DNA from: Lama guanicoe
Taxonomy: Eukaryota
Assembly (NCBI GenBank): GCA_013239625.1
Contig: MU054323.1
Span: 14,636,029-14,700,028, forward strand
Length of the DNA stretch: 64,000 nucleotides
Direction of reading: 5' to 3'
Under the pieces are notes generated by a model. The model did not search any database, was not told the DNA's origin, and worked only from the letters and a program-made list of their open reading frames with translations. The position numbers were made by a program, and so were the translations under genes. Shown one piece after another: positions 50,690-64,000 of the stretch; positions within the stretch are counted from its first letter, which is position 1; each line of letters starts with the position of its first letter.

Positions 50690-52865
50690 ATTATTTCTTT
50701 GAAATGGCTTGTATTAGCTGATTCTAAAACTTATATGCAAGAACAAAGGAACTGAAATAGCTATAACAATTTTTATAAAGCACAAGGTTGAAGAAATCAT
50801 ACTACTTGATTTTAAGACTTATTATAAAGCTACAATAATCAAGAAGGTGGTACTGACAGAGAAAGACATAGATCATTGGAACAAAATAGGCAATGCAGAC
50901 ATTGACTCAAAAAAATAGCCATTTGATATTTAACAAAGGTGAAAAAAAGTTAAATAGAGAAAAGATAGTCATTGCAACAAATGATTTTGTAACAATTGGT
51001 CACCCATAGGCAAAAACAACAAACCTTGAGCTAAAGTCTCATACCGCATAAAAAGATGAACTCCAAATAAATTATAAATCTAAATTGAAAACTAAAAATT
51101 ATAAAACTTTCAGAAGAAACTCAAGAAAAATTCTCATGATCTAGATTTAGAATACGAGCTCTTAGAAATGACACCAAAATCTTATTTGATGATAAAAAAA
51201 TTATAAACAGAACTTTATCAAAATTGAAAGCTTTTGCTCTGTCAAAGACACCACCAAAAGAGTAAAAAGACAAGAAATAGATTGAAAGAAAATATTTGCA
51301 AATCACACATCTACAAAGGACTGTATCCAAGTTACATAAAGAACCCTCAAAACCTAACAATATTACAATAAGCAGCTCAATTTTACAAAATTAACAAAGG
51401 ACTGAACAGACCCATCTCCAAACAGGATATAAGGATGGCAATAATCACATGGAAAGATGACCAGCATCATTAGCTTTTAAGAAAATCCACATTTACACCA
51501 CAATGACATACTGCTACCTAAATATTAGGATAACTAAAGTAAAATTATAGACAATACCAAGATTGAAAAACAGAGCAAATGGGACTGTCATGCATTGCTG
51601 GTGGGAATACGCAATGTGATAGCCACTCTGGAAAGTTGTCTGACAACTTACAAAGTTAAATATACACTTACCATTTGACCCAGCAGTCTTATCCCTGGGT
51701 ATTGTACCTAGAGAAATAAAAATATTTGTCCCCAACAAACATATGTATGAATGCTTATAGCAGCATCATTCATGATTTTTAAAATCTGAAAATAACCCAA
51801 AGGTTCACTGTCTCATGGTCCAGTGCTTAGGCAATCCCATGGTGATAGCGTAACAGTGACAGTAAAAAAAACCAGAAGAGTCAAACTATGAGGGAGGGAA
51901 CCTTCCTTCAGGTTGAGTAAAACAGTTCTCTCAACTGGGCAGGACCAACTCCTTTGATTTTCCTCTGTCCCTGTTTCTCTTTCTCTATCCTCTCTTTCCC
52001 TCTCTCTCAACTCTCTTATTCTCCATACCCCTCATTACTGCTTAGTCTCAGACACAAAATGGCAGTAATAGAAATGGATGGCTTCTGGATGGAAGAAGGA
52101 AAAGGAGAATACTAGGGAACTGGGAAGAACCAGAGAGATCACGAATCAAAGCAGGAGACCCTCAGGAAAGCAACTCCATAAAGTTGCTCATGAACCCTGT
52201 TTCCACTTCCCTAGCTGCCCATGTGTGCACCTGATCCTAGTTATCATTCCAAAAACTGAGAACCAAGCTAATGGATAGACATCCACCTAGCTCCCAGACT
52301 GACTACTGAGTGGGAGATAAGAACACTGCAAAAGCTTTGAATGCTTTACTGACACAGGAAAATAGTGAGACAGGCTAGAGCAGCTGTATTAATAATTGCC
52401 AAAAATTAGAAATAATCCAAAAATCTTTTCCGTGGGTAAGTGGATAAACAAACTATAGTACAATCATCCTGCGGAATACCACTCATTAATAAAAAAGAAC
52501 AAATTACTGGTACATGCAACAACTTGAATGGATCTCATGTGCATTATATCAAGTAAAATAATTCAGTCTCAAAAGGTTACTGTCTCAAAGGTTACATGCT
52601 ATTGGATTTTATTTACATATACCTTATGGAAAATAAAACTTTAGTAATGGAGAACAGGTTGGTTCTCAGGTTTAGGGTGGGGAGAACATATGGAAAGTAT
52701 GAGGAAGTATGTTTGCGTGAAGGAATTGTCCTTATGACACCGACTGTATGAATCCGTACATATAATAAAAGTCACAGAATTAAAAAATTAAAAATTAAAA
52801 AATCAAAAACTGTACATGAAAAGAGTAAAAAATAAATTGAACTGAATGATAATTTAAATATAAAC
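50690..52865 (+). mobile_element. L1MC/MD-type ORF2 3' end and 3' UTR, interrupted at about 51810-52370 by unrelated (probably LTR) sequence
   Basis: agctgattctaaaacttatatg, gattttaagacttattataaagctacaataatcaaga, cattgctggtgggaat and aacaacttgaatggatctc are L1 motifs. Confidence 0.8.
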
Positions 52866-54002
52866 ACACACTGTTTATAGGGTATTTTCAGAAATATATT
52901 TTTTCTAAAGATATGTAATTCTACAGAAATTATATATATGAAGCAATAGCCCGTTTATAACATTAGAGACTCAAAAGATTTGTCATATCAGGTAAGTTTC
53001 ATACGTCATTTGGACAAAAGTAGAAGCAATTACAGGCCATCTTCATTTCTTTCCATGATTAACACAATAATAAGGGTGAAGAGTGAGATAAGAAGGCTTA
53101 GCTTTGTGCTTTGGCTATGAAACTAAGATGCATCTTCGTCACTGCATAAGCAGTCAGAACCAGGCATGGACTAGCCTGCCTTTTATCTCATTTTCTCCTT
53201 TAAATTTTAGTTGAGATTCTTGCTGCTGATCTTAATTCAATTCCTCATGAGATATTTAAACTGGTATCATCTGATATACTGTTTCTCTACATGCAAATGA
53301 TTTATTACCATTGTTTGCGTACTCAGAATTTTCTTCTGATCATTTTCCAGATCACAAAAAAGGTATTTTTAAACCAGGATTTATCTGTCAGAATAAAATT
53401 GAACTCCCATCGCACACCATGTCTCTTTAATGACTTAAACTTGTCAGTGACTATTATCTATTTCACTGAATTTTTTGCTGCTATCAGTTTCTTACCAGTC
53501 TGGATTTCTTTGCCTCTTCTCTCTCAAAATAAAATAAAGATTGGAAAGCGTTTTTCATTCTCATCTCTAAGTGAGAATATTAAAACGCACATGAACAATG
53601 GTCTAGATATATGATTTTTATTAATCAGTTTTAGGAAACCTTCATTTAGTAACTTTGAAATACTGCCTAAGTTTACTTTCTTTTCCTGTTACTTTTCTTT
53701 TTTTTTCCAAAAACTTTATTGGGCATTTCTCCTCCACTAGAATATAAGTCAGATCAGCTTCTAAGTTATTCAGTATTTCATTTCTAGTATTTAGTGTAGT
53801 GTTGGGCACACTACAAGAATATGTGATCAAATGCAAGAGTGGAATCAATATGAATGTCTTTATGAGAGACTGGAGTTTGCCTATTGACTCTGCATACAAA
53901 ATACGTAATTTAGAGTAAGTTATTGTTCGTAGATTGATATAGTAATTGCTTTTTTGGATATAGTAATAACTCTTTGCTATGAGGATTAGAGTAACATATA
54001 TA

Positions 54003-54960
54003 GGCTTCTGGTCAATATGGACTAACAAGATTGGATATACTGTCTTGCCATAAACAACTAAAACATTTTGACAAAATATGTATGACAACAATTTCAGCAC
54101 AATGCATTGGTCCCTGAGATAAGAGAAACAAATCAGATGATGCAATTATTGCCCCGAATTACTCCTGAAACCGTTTCCTGGCCACACAGCACAGCCATGG
54201 GGAACCCAGGCAGACGCCAGCAAACTTCCTCAGTTGAGGAGATAAAGTTCAGAACTCAGGAGGCCAACTTGACCAGAATATGCAGAATATAGTCCAAGAG
54301 GAGATTTCTGGATGGAGAGAAAAAGAGCCACATAAAAAGGAAAGTTCTGCAAAGAGAGAGCTTCACGGAGAGAGAGCTTTGGAGATTTTCCGAGGGTTCT
54401 CCTTGAGTCCTCAGTTGAGCACTGGTTAGTGCAGCCTGGGACAAGGTGACACAGTTCTCAGCACTCACAAAGGGCCAAGAACAGTTAGGTACACCACCAC
54501 ACAGAGTGGAAACCCTTGTAATGCATAGGTAGAATACTCAGAAGCTGTTTTTGTCTCAATAATGGAGCAAAATTAACTCCAGACTTAAAGTGCTCTGATT
54601 CCACATAACAAATCTTAAAAGTAAGCCTTAAAGGGATTAAATTATTTCCAAGTAGTTAACTGTATCCTAGCTCAAAGTTCACAGTTAAAGGAATATATAA
54701 TTTCCCAGTTCTCAAAAAGGTAAAATAAGAATGTCTAGCATCCAGTAAAAAATCGCTAGGCATTGAAAGCAAGAAAATACAACCCATAATGAGGAGAAAA
54801 ATCAACCATTAGAAACAAATGGAGATATTACACAGATGATAAAATAGTAGACTGCAATATGAAATAGTTTTTATAACTATATGCCGTATATTTGAGAAGA
54901 TACAGTGAAGACTGAGGATGTTAAACCATGGAAGATGTGTAAGAGTCCCAAATTGAACTT
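54003..54960 (+). mobile_element. Ancient L1 5' UTR/ORF1-start fragment
   Basis: Starts ggcttctggtcaatatgg; later aaggtaaaataagaatgtctagcatccagtaaaaaatcgctaggcat...acaacccataatgaggagaaaaatcaa, typical of L1MC/MD 5' regions. Confidence 0.7.
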
Positions 54961-57699
54961 CCGGTGATAAAAGAGCCTGCATAAAATCTTCTAGGTGGCT
55001 ATAATTCTCATTCATCTCAACATCTTGATAGCTCAGAACATACTGACCTCCTTTAAAATCACCTCCCCCTTCAACTTTTATAAGATTTCTCTGACCAATA
55101 TGCAAGTTTTCTGGGCACGGGAACTGAGAGCAAGTTTAACTGATTCCTGGCTGAAAATACAAGTCAGATCAGCTTCTAAGTTATTCAATATTCTATTTTC
55201 AGTATTTAGCATAGTGTTGAGCACATACCATAAGCATGAAATAGAAGAAGGGCAGGGGGAAATGGGTAGGGATCGGGATAGGGAGAAAGGGATAAGAAAA
55301 GAGGTAAAAAGAGAGGAGAAGTTGAGGAAAGGAGAAAAGGAAAAAGGAAAAGACTGTTGACTTAGTGGTAGAACTGACAACCTTTCCCAAATGGTTTAAA
55401 AAGCTTAAGGGCGTTAACTCTTCTCATAGAGACCTAATGTAAATGTACAGGTTCATTTGCAAGGCCTGATTAAACAAACATGTTTAATTATATCATCTTT
55501 CTTAAGTGAAGGCAAACTGAAACTAATCATTATGCAGTAATTTAAATTCATTGATTTAAATACCAAAGTGATATGTAATTTACATGTGGGGGACTATGAA
55601 ATCCTGCAAAGCATATGCTGAAGAAGCAGTAAATAAGAACTAATAGGGAAAAGGAAAATCTTCAGTGATGGATGGAGCACTTCCATCAGCTGAAATGCTC
55701 TGAAGCTAAAATTTAGTACAAGAGAAACACCTTATTAAGCTACCTATAAACATTACAACTCATGGAGATGGACAACTTAAGTATGGCGGACGCTGCTCTA
55801 CTGAATGGAAATATTTCCATACATTTGGAATAACTGAAGAGCAATCTTGCTAGAAGATAAAAGCACTTGAAGTGATCTCTTCAGGCTTGAAAAATCTTTT
55901 GGCCAGAATCAAAATAACATTTGGCCCAGTCCTTCCTTCTGGGAAGGAAAAAGCAAATTATCATATATTAGATTGGGTTTTCCTCATAAAGACAGGAAGC
56001 ATCATGAGCTCAGAAAAGAACAATGCTTCCTCAGAGGGGCTTCAGTGGGAAACGACAAGGGAACAAAGCACCCAACACAATTTTCTAAGCTTCTGTGGGT
56101 TCTGCTCTGACTCCCCAGGACCTCACATAATGCCTTCTCTGTGAACCCTCAACAGTTACGTCTTCTCGCATCTCTAAGTGACTGGCTGACCTCGCTGTTA
56201 ATATATGAGTAAATACAGACTTGTATGTCACATTCAGCTCAATTTTCCTATTAGTTTGACATAGATTATGGTTGTGAAAAAATAAATCAATCTTTCCTTT
56301 AATGTGTAAAATTGAGGGATTTATAAAATGTGTACAAATCCTGGAAATTTAACAATCATATATTACTCAAAGCAGAACTCAGTCCTTGAAATCTGTACCA
56401 CTTTTCTTAGAATTAATGGATCCTAAATACAAAAGAATTCTGGTGTCTTTTTCTTTTTCCTGATTTAATCTCCACACAACTGTATTGTCGTTTTGTTAAA
56501 TCTCAGTAAATCTGGTCTGCTTTCCACTTCTGTGTCTTTCACATTTGTCTTTAGCAATCTGATAGTTAGAAAAACTGCAAACCACATAAAGTTTGGCTAT
56601 AGTAATTACACTATAATTTCAAGGCTTTTTGTTTTCCTCTAGACTGTGACACACTATAAATCTTCCATACATGAATTTTTTAAAAAAGAAATTAAGGTGT
56701 ATTTCTAACAAGGCAAATTTTCCTTCCCAAAACATTTTCAAGGCAAATATAATAACAGGTAAGCTCTTTTTCAAGAATGTGTGATAGTTTTCATGGAAAA
56801 TGTTTTCAATGTAAATTTTCAAATACAAACAAAATTAGAAAATAGTATATTAAACATATCTGTATGCATTATCAATATTTTCTTAATTTTTTTCTATTTT
56901 TTTGCATTTATTCATCCTCTGTCCTTTCACCCCCGTCTCCTTCCTTCCCTCCCTTCTTTTCTTTATTTCTTTGAAGAAATATTTTATAGTGAATCCCAGG
57001 AATCTTATTATCCATAAATTACTCCAGTATATCTTTAAAAAGAAATAAGAACCTTAAAAGCCATGACACAGCTAATATAATTAATCAAGATTTCTCTGTA
57101 ATATCCAGGTTATGACCAAATTACAATAATTCTCTGAGGCAATAAGAAATCAGTAATATTTATGTGGTACATAATATATGCCAAACATTATGCCAGGGAC
57201 TTCAATATAAGACCTCAATTAATTTTCACACATAGCCTTTGCATTTAGCATTATTAATCACACTTACTAGTGCCAGCAAACACAGTCTTGAAAAGGTTAA
57301 ATAATTAACTCAGTCACATAGCTATAAAATGTATAAGCCACATTCACAGCGATCTGTTAATGTCTCTCTAAAAAAAAGATTTATTTTATCCTGGTCCTTT
57401 ACAGACCCTTGTACTAGGGTATCCCTCATACTCTCTCTAAACTACTTCCTATAAGATTTAGATAAAATTTAAAGTGTATCTCTGGTTGGAGAATAAAAAT
57501 TACAGGCTTCAAATTAAAAACAAAAACAAAACAATAATCAGCTTGAAAATATTATTTGAGATGATTACATGTTAAAACTTTGATTCAATGAATGAATACT
57601 GGCCTAAATTAAAAATGCCACCTGAACAGGAAAAGTACCTCCCAAAATTATCAACACCACCACCACCAAAAAAACCAAACCAAAACAAAAAAAAACAAA

Positions 57700-58760
57700 T
57701 AAAGATGATAACTCCTGATAAATCCTAAGCAATACTGATGTAAATCACATCATTGTTTTGGATGAGAATTGGGTGGAAGACGTTAACTACAAAAGGTCAA
57801 AAGGGAACTTTCTGAGGAGGTGAACATAATTCTACAATTTGATTATGGTGGTACTTTCAGGGACGTAACAGGATATATATATTTGTCCAAAATCATTGAA
57901 CCATCCACTTACTATCTGCATTTTATTATATGCAAATCATACCAAAATATTCCTCTACCTAAACACAGGGTATGGCTAGAATGTCCACTGACTTTAAGGC
58001 CAATTGATCTACATAGAAAATGAAAAACAAAGCCTACTGGAAAACACAGAGCATACTGTTCCAAATGAAGTCATCTGAATTACCGTAAATCCTCCACCAC
58101 TTTTGGAACTCCAGTAATTAAGAGAAGAAGGGAGAGAAAATTCATAACACAGTGGATTTTGGAATTAAAGTAAAATTAATAAAGTATACAAAACTCTTGC
58201 AAAACTGTTTAAAGTGATATAAAACAGAAATAATTGAAATTTTAAACAAGCATGTAAGTAAATGCATAAAGTAAATAAATATGAATTAGTTATGAGTGAT
58301 AAATAAGTACATAACTTAACTTTTAAATAATCAGAATTGATAATTTAACGGGAAAATATAATTTACTCTTAAAAGAAATGGATAATCTAATAAATGAAAC
58401 TAACAAAATTATCAAAACTTAGAAGTGGTATTCTGAGTCATATGATTTTATTGGCAATTTTGTTTTAAATGTTTAAAGATTAATAATTTCTGTAAATATA
58501 CCTGATTATAGAAAATACAGAAAGATTATGGATTCAGGTTACGATGCCAAAAAAAGTATCTCTTATTTGAAAGTAGATATAAAATATAATAATCAATAAT
58601 ATCAAAATAAAAATATAAGCAGAGTTATGTAGGTTTTCCAATAAAAATGTGACACATTAATATTAGAAAATCTATCAATATAATAAGCACATCAATATAT
58701 TTGTTTTGAAGGGAGAATCTAAGCCTATAGTTCTAATTCTAAGAATCTATATTAAGGAAA
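57700..58760 (+). mobile_element. Very degraded L1 fragments
   Basis: aagggaactttctgagg...tctacaatttgattatggtggt (L1ME 3' UTR) and A-rich ORF2-like debris. Confidence 0.5.
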
Positions 58761-58834
58761 AGAAATGGAAATGGAAAGCCTGGCTAATACTTGGTAAAAA
58801 ATCTTTCCATTCATTTTATTTAAAAATAAGAAGC

Positions 58835-61800
58835 TTCAGTTCTGATAATTGCAGAGTGGTTTGTGTAAGATTTATCCTCCAATGAAGAATATTATAAACT
58901 CTGGAAAAAATATACACAGGTAAACACACACACATCTATTCGAAGTACTAGAGAATGAACAAAAGCAAATACAATATGGAGGGATTTTGTCCTTTGAAAG
59001 AAGGGACTTCAGCAGGTGAGATATTTACTTGCAGTTTTCCCGAAGGAGATTCACCTGCTTACATTATGCAGCATTTCAAGAACTCAAGTAGAAAACTCCA
59101 GATTTTAAGATATTGCAGTTTTAACACTGCCAAATTAGAGTGCCTTGGTAAATATCTCATGCTTTGCATCAAAATCTCAAAATAACCATGCTACAGGAAT
59201 AATTAAATAGATCAGCACTAACAAAGTATAAACTCAAGCCTTCACACTTAAATGTGATAAGGCAGCATACTGATCTTTCACTGAACAAACATAAGCATTG
59301 TTTAAAGAAAGATAACAGATTAAAGGATCTTTATAACAAATCATTCATCATGCTCAATACGAAATAAAATTCACAAGATATATGAAACAAAAAATAGGAA
59401 AATATAACACAGATAAAAATGTCTATAAAAGTAGACACTGAGATGACCTATATTTTGAAATGAACAGATAGACTGTAAAGTAGCTATTACAGATACATTC
59501 AAAGACAGAGGGAAAAAAACATTTTAATGAGTTACTAAATAAAATATAAGCAGAGAAATGGGAACAATAAAAAGAATCTCAATAGAAGTTCTACTGTTAA
59601 ATACGTAATATAAATTTTTTAAATTTCAAAGATAAGCATAAACAAGAGATTGGAGACTGAGAAATTAATGTTTAGCAAGATTGTTGAAGGCTGAACAATA
59701 GTCAATAAACAATCTGAAAAGACAGAGAGAAGTAAGCTTGGAATAAAAACTTCAGTTACCTGCATTCTAACATACATGTGACTTGAAGTCCAGAAGAAAA
59801 AAGAAAGAGACTGGGCAGAAGAAATAATTGAAAAAGCAATAGTTGAAACTTTCACAAATTTGGCAAAAAACAACATACAGATACAGAAACTCAGCAAACA
59901 CAAGCAAACAGAAATGAAGAAAACTACAAATAGGCACATCATATTTAAATTTCTAAAAACCAAAAATAAAAGGAAAATTGTAAACACAGCTGGAATTTTT
60001 AAAAAACATATATATATGGGAATAAAAGCATGAATAATGTCTGGTTTATCATCAAACTCTATATGACAATGGAATAACATATTTAAAGTGATGAAAGAAA
60101 AAATAATCAATAGCTCTCTATTTGCCAAAAAAATTAAGTGGAATTTGATATACAGACATGTTCAGATAAATAAAATCTAAGACACAGACAATAGGCCAGT
60201 TTAAAAAAGTGCAAAGGAAAATATTTAGACTGAAAGAAAATGGTACCCAGAGGAAACTCAGATATATAGAAAGAGAATCAGAAATTATGAATGTGTGAAT
60301 AAACATAAAAATTGTATTTTATTTCCTTAATTTCTTTAAAAAGTAGATATTTAATTTAAAAATTATAACACGGCATTGTAGGATTTATAATATGCCAACA
60401 ATAGCAAAAGAATGTGGGATAAATAAATTTGTATTGATATAAAGTTCTTTGTGCATAGAAGAATAAAATTTTAATTCTAGGAAGACTGTGAGAAGGATGT
60501 GTATTATTAATCTTACATGAACCATTATAAAATACAAAAAAGTACACCTAAAAAGTCAGAGAGATTCAAAATAAAATTTTTAAAAATTACTACAAAAGAA
60601 TTCAGTGAAGAAAGGAGAGAGATACAGCAAGAGAAACAATAAAAGCAGAGACCAGTGAAATAGAAAACAAATGACAGAATAATTAAAACAAGTCAAAAGG
60701 CCTTTCTTTGAGAAGATTAATAAAATGGATACAATAAAAATGAGATTCATCAAGAAATCAAAATTACAATAATGAGATAGAAAGATTTAAAATTATCAGT
60801 TTTACAAAGAGGGAATTTCACTACAAATCCTTAATAAAGCAAAATGATGAATACAAAATGTCACGAGCTTTTTGCTGTAATTTTACTACTCAGACAACGG
60901 ATTCTCAAAGAAAGATAATTTTGCCCTCCAAGGGACATTAAAAACAATGTCTGGAGATAGTTTTAGTTGTCACACTAGTGAGGTGTTAATGGTATTAATG
61001 GCACACGGTGGACAGAGGCCAGGGACATCACTAAACATCCAACATGTTCAGCACAGTCTTCCATGACAAATAACTGTCCAGCCTAAAATATTAATACAGA
61101 CAGATGAGGTTAAGAAACACTGACAAGATCAAACAGATAAATTCTTTAGAGAACACAGCTGATCAAAACTGACTCAATAATAAATAGAAAAACATGAATA
61201 TTCCAAAGTTCATTAATGAAAAATGTAATTCAAAGTCTTCCTACCAAGAAAGGTACAGTCCCAGGTGGTTTTAGTGTTAAATTCTATAAAACATATAAAG
61301 AAGAATATTATTCATATGCTAACTTTTCTGAAAAAATAGGCAAGAAGGAACACTGCCTAACTAGTTTTATGAAACTAGCAAGATTCTGGTATCAAACTTG
61401 ACAAAATAATTGCAAGAAAAGAAAATTAAAGACCCATGTATTCCCCATGAACACAGACATAAATTTCCCAAAGTAAATATCCAACATTATATAGCAGGGA
61501 TAACATATCATGACCACATGAGTTTGTACCAGGGATGCAGGGTTGGTTTAACGTTAGAAAGTCAATCAATGAAATATATCTTACTAGCAGAATAAAGAAG
61601 AAAACACAGGATTAGCTGAATAAATGCTGAAAAATAATTTGACCAAATTCAATACCTATTTATGAACAACAACAAAAAATGGCTAGCAAATAACAGACAT
61701 CATGAAAACCCTAAGGATTGCATTATACTTAATGATAAAAATGTATGCCTTCTCCTTAAGATTTTAAGAAAACAAGATTGTCTACTCTAATTGATTATAC

Positions 61801-62640
61801 ATGGTATTGTAGGTCCTAATCAATACAATAAGGTGAGCTAATGAAAAAAAAGTCACTAAGTTTGGAAAAAAGAAGGAAAACTCCTTTTTCTCCCTATACA
61901 TGATGTGATTAGGTAGAAAATTATGAAAAATCTATGATAACAAAGCTCCTTTGAAACTCATAAACAAACTCTACAAAGTCACCACATACAAGGTCAATAT
62001 AAAAATCAATTGTGTTTTTATATTTTAGTGCAAACAACTAGAAAATGACACTTAAAAGCAATTTGTTTTATACCAAATAAAAGAAACATAAGATACTGAG
62101 GAGTAAATTTAACAAGAGGCTTGCAAGACCTCTACACAAAAAGGAAGCGATTTTACTGATAGAAAATAAAGATAACCTAAAAAAATTAAAAGATGCTCCG
62201 TGCTAATAGACTGGAAGATATAATACTGTTATGAAGTTATTTCTCCTCAAACTGATACATAAATGAAATACAATCACAATAAAAAATCTTTATAGACTCT
62301 TTTGATAGAAAATGACAAGTTTATTTTATCATTTCTATGGAAAATATGTAAAATAGCCAATACATTCTTAGAACAAAAACAGATTTGGAGGACTTGTTAC
62401 TTTATTTAAAGGTGGCCTACAATATTTGCAACACATAGTACTGTAATGGATTAAGTATAGGCATGTATCAATGGAGCAGAATATAAAGACTAGAAATAGA
62501 TATACATTTATGTAATCAGCTAATTTCTTCCCAAGGTGCCTACAAAATTGATGGGGAAAAGGAAGTATTTTCAGTAAGTTGCGCTGAAAAACTAAAAAAC
62601 TTATAGAAAAAATTATCTTAACCTCCATCTATATTTATAT
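58835..62640 (+). mobile_element. Long degraded ancient L1 (5' region, ORF1, ORF2)
   Basis: Strong A skew; ORF2-like translations VIQSLPTKKGTVPGGFSVKFYKTYKEE and ITYHDHMSLYQGCRVG; many stops. Confidence 0.85.
60895..61122. mobile_element. MER20 hAT-Charlie MITE nested in L1 ORF2
   Basis: attttgccctccaagggacatt...caatgtctggagatagttttagttgtcac...agaggccaggga...ctaaacatcc...gaggttaagaaacactg. Confidence 0.88.
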
Positions 62641-62659
62641 CTAGTTGTAAGATAATGGT

Positions 62660-63725
62660 TGTTTAAAAATACTCTACACTGAAAACTATAGGACATTGAT
62701 GAAAGGACTTGAAGAAGACAAATAAATGGAAATATATTCTGTGCTCATGGATTAAAGGATGAATATATTTAAAATGTCCATACTACCCAAAGGAATCTCC
62801 AGATTCAATGCAATCCCTATCAAAATTCCAATGGCATATTTCACAGAACTAACAATCTTCCAGTTTTTGCAGGAAAACAGATGTGGGGCATGAGAAGGGC
62901 TGTGCCCCGGGTCTTCGTTGAGCCCCTGGGACGTGCCCCACCAAGTGTGGATCCTTAGTTTTGCGCAGGAAATAATTCAAGAGCGAGCCACAGTTGAGTG
63001 AAAGTAAATTTATTCAGAGAGATACACTGAAAGGCAAGAGAAGGGCCACAGGTGTGGGGGTTGGGTGCTCAGATTAAAAGTAGGTACACATTCCATAGAC
63101 AGAATAGGGGCAGTCTCCTAAAAGGGAGAGAGAGAGGGGCGGCCACTAGGCATGTTGTTGTCACTTTTTATGGTCTCAGTAGCTTCACAGGCCTACAGGT
63201 GGGATTAATCCAACTGCCCTGGGGAAGGGGCTGGGATTACCGGGAATTGGGCCACCACCCATTCTTTGGCCTTCTGCGGTTAGCCTTGGGGCTGTCATGA
63301 TGCCTGTGGGCATGTTATTTGATCATGCTGTTACAATGAGCATATAATGAAGCTCAAGTTCTACTAGAAGCTAAACCTCTTAATGCTCAAGGCCAACTAG
63401 GAGGTGAATCTTCCACCATTTTGGTTGTTGTCATTCCTTGAGTGGCTGTGCCCTGCCCCCTTCCCTCCTGTCTCACGGTTATAACATAATTAAGTCATGA
63501 AGATATAATGAACAGCATGGCAACTACAATTATTAATACTGTATTACATGTTTGAAAGCTGCTAAGAGAATAGATCTTAATAGTTCTCATCATAAGAAAA
63601 AAATTCTGTAACTGTGTATGGTGATGGGTTTTAATTGGACTTATTTTAGTGATCATGTTGCAAGATGTACACATATTATATGCCTGAAACTAATAAAATG
63701 CATGTCAATTAGATCTCAAAAATAT
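62660..63725 (+). mobile_element. L1MA-type fragment (ORF2 piece fused to terminal 3' UTR), split by an LTR
   Basis: aaaatgtccatactacccaaag...agattcaatgcaatccctatcaaaattccaatggc; after the LTR, ttataac...taatactgtatt...gctaagagaatagatcttaa...aactgtgtatggtgatg. Confidence 0.85.
62865..63475 (-). mobile_element. ERV1 solo LTR, MER41-like
   Basis: 611-bp GC-richer block. The minus strand begins TGAGA and has AATAAA (tttatt near 63008). ttgcgcaggaaataattcaagagcgagccacagttgagtgaaagtaaatttatt parallels recalled MER41 sequence. 4-bp TSD cagt (62861-62864) / cggt (63476-63479). Confidence 0.8.
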
Positions 63726-64000
63726 ATATATAATATTCCTTCTTAAACATGCATGGATTTCATATACACATATATTTCATCTAAAATCTACTAAACTTAA
63801 CAACTATTAGCAAATACAAATCTATGGTTACGTTACCAGGAGATAAAATAGTACACCCACCTCAGGGCAGTGTGTAATAAATAGGGAAAGGGCATCACTC
63901 TTTTCACAGTAAATAGAAATACTCTGGTAAATTATAAAAGTCATATTTTGTAGGGGAGGAAAAATAATTTCTACTCTACCTTTCTAGTTTCTTGGCTAAG

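Noticed and set aside
53642..54145. 167-aa minus-strand ORF sharing ILNNLEADLT with ORF 55078-55380
   Set aside because: The shared peptide simply reflects the DNA direct repeat; the ORF crosses TE boundaries and resembles no known protein.
59619..60128. 169-aa hydrophobic minus-strand ORF
   Set aside because: It is antisense to A-rich L1 ORF1, which produces spurious Phe/Leu/Ile-rich frames.
1..64000. CRISPR arrays, operons or another novel multi-gene system
   Set aside because: This is mammalian repeat-rich DNA with no regularly spaced repeat-spacer array and no cluster of credible ORFs.

Overview
AT-rich mammalian non-coding DNA (intergenic or deep intronic), probably from a camelid. That assignment is inferred from a Vic-1-like tRNA-derived SINE and camelid-type L1 3' UTRs. 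I found no intact spliced protein-coding exon, RNA gene or CRISPR-type system; almost all ORFs in the track are chance ORFs or L1 debris. The two recognisable gene-derived sequences are processed retrocopies. PPP1R14B (about 9290-9890) is heavily decayed. PPDPF (about 24800-25564) still has an open frame, and a 1-nt deletion reads it past the native stop into the former 3' UTR. The rest is a mosaic of L1, L2, MIR, MaLR/ERV LTRs, hAT MITEs and microsatellites, with a few repeat-poor segments that may be regulatory. Notable structural details are an L1 with a short 3' transduction inside a 16-bp TSD, a templated insertion copied from about 1 kb away, an unexplained local direct repeat, and a MER41-like solo LTR with a one-mismatch GAS site. 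Repeat family names come from recalled consensus sequences, not a search, and most boundaries are approximate. I see no evidence of a novel multi-gene system.
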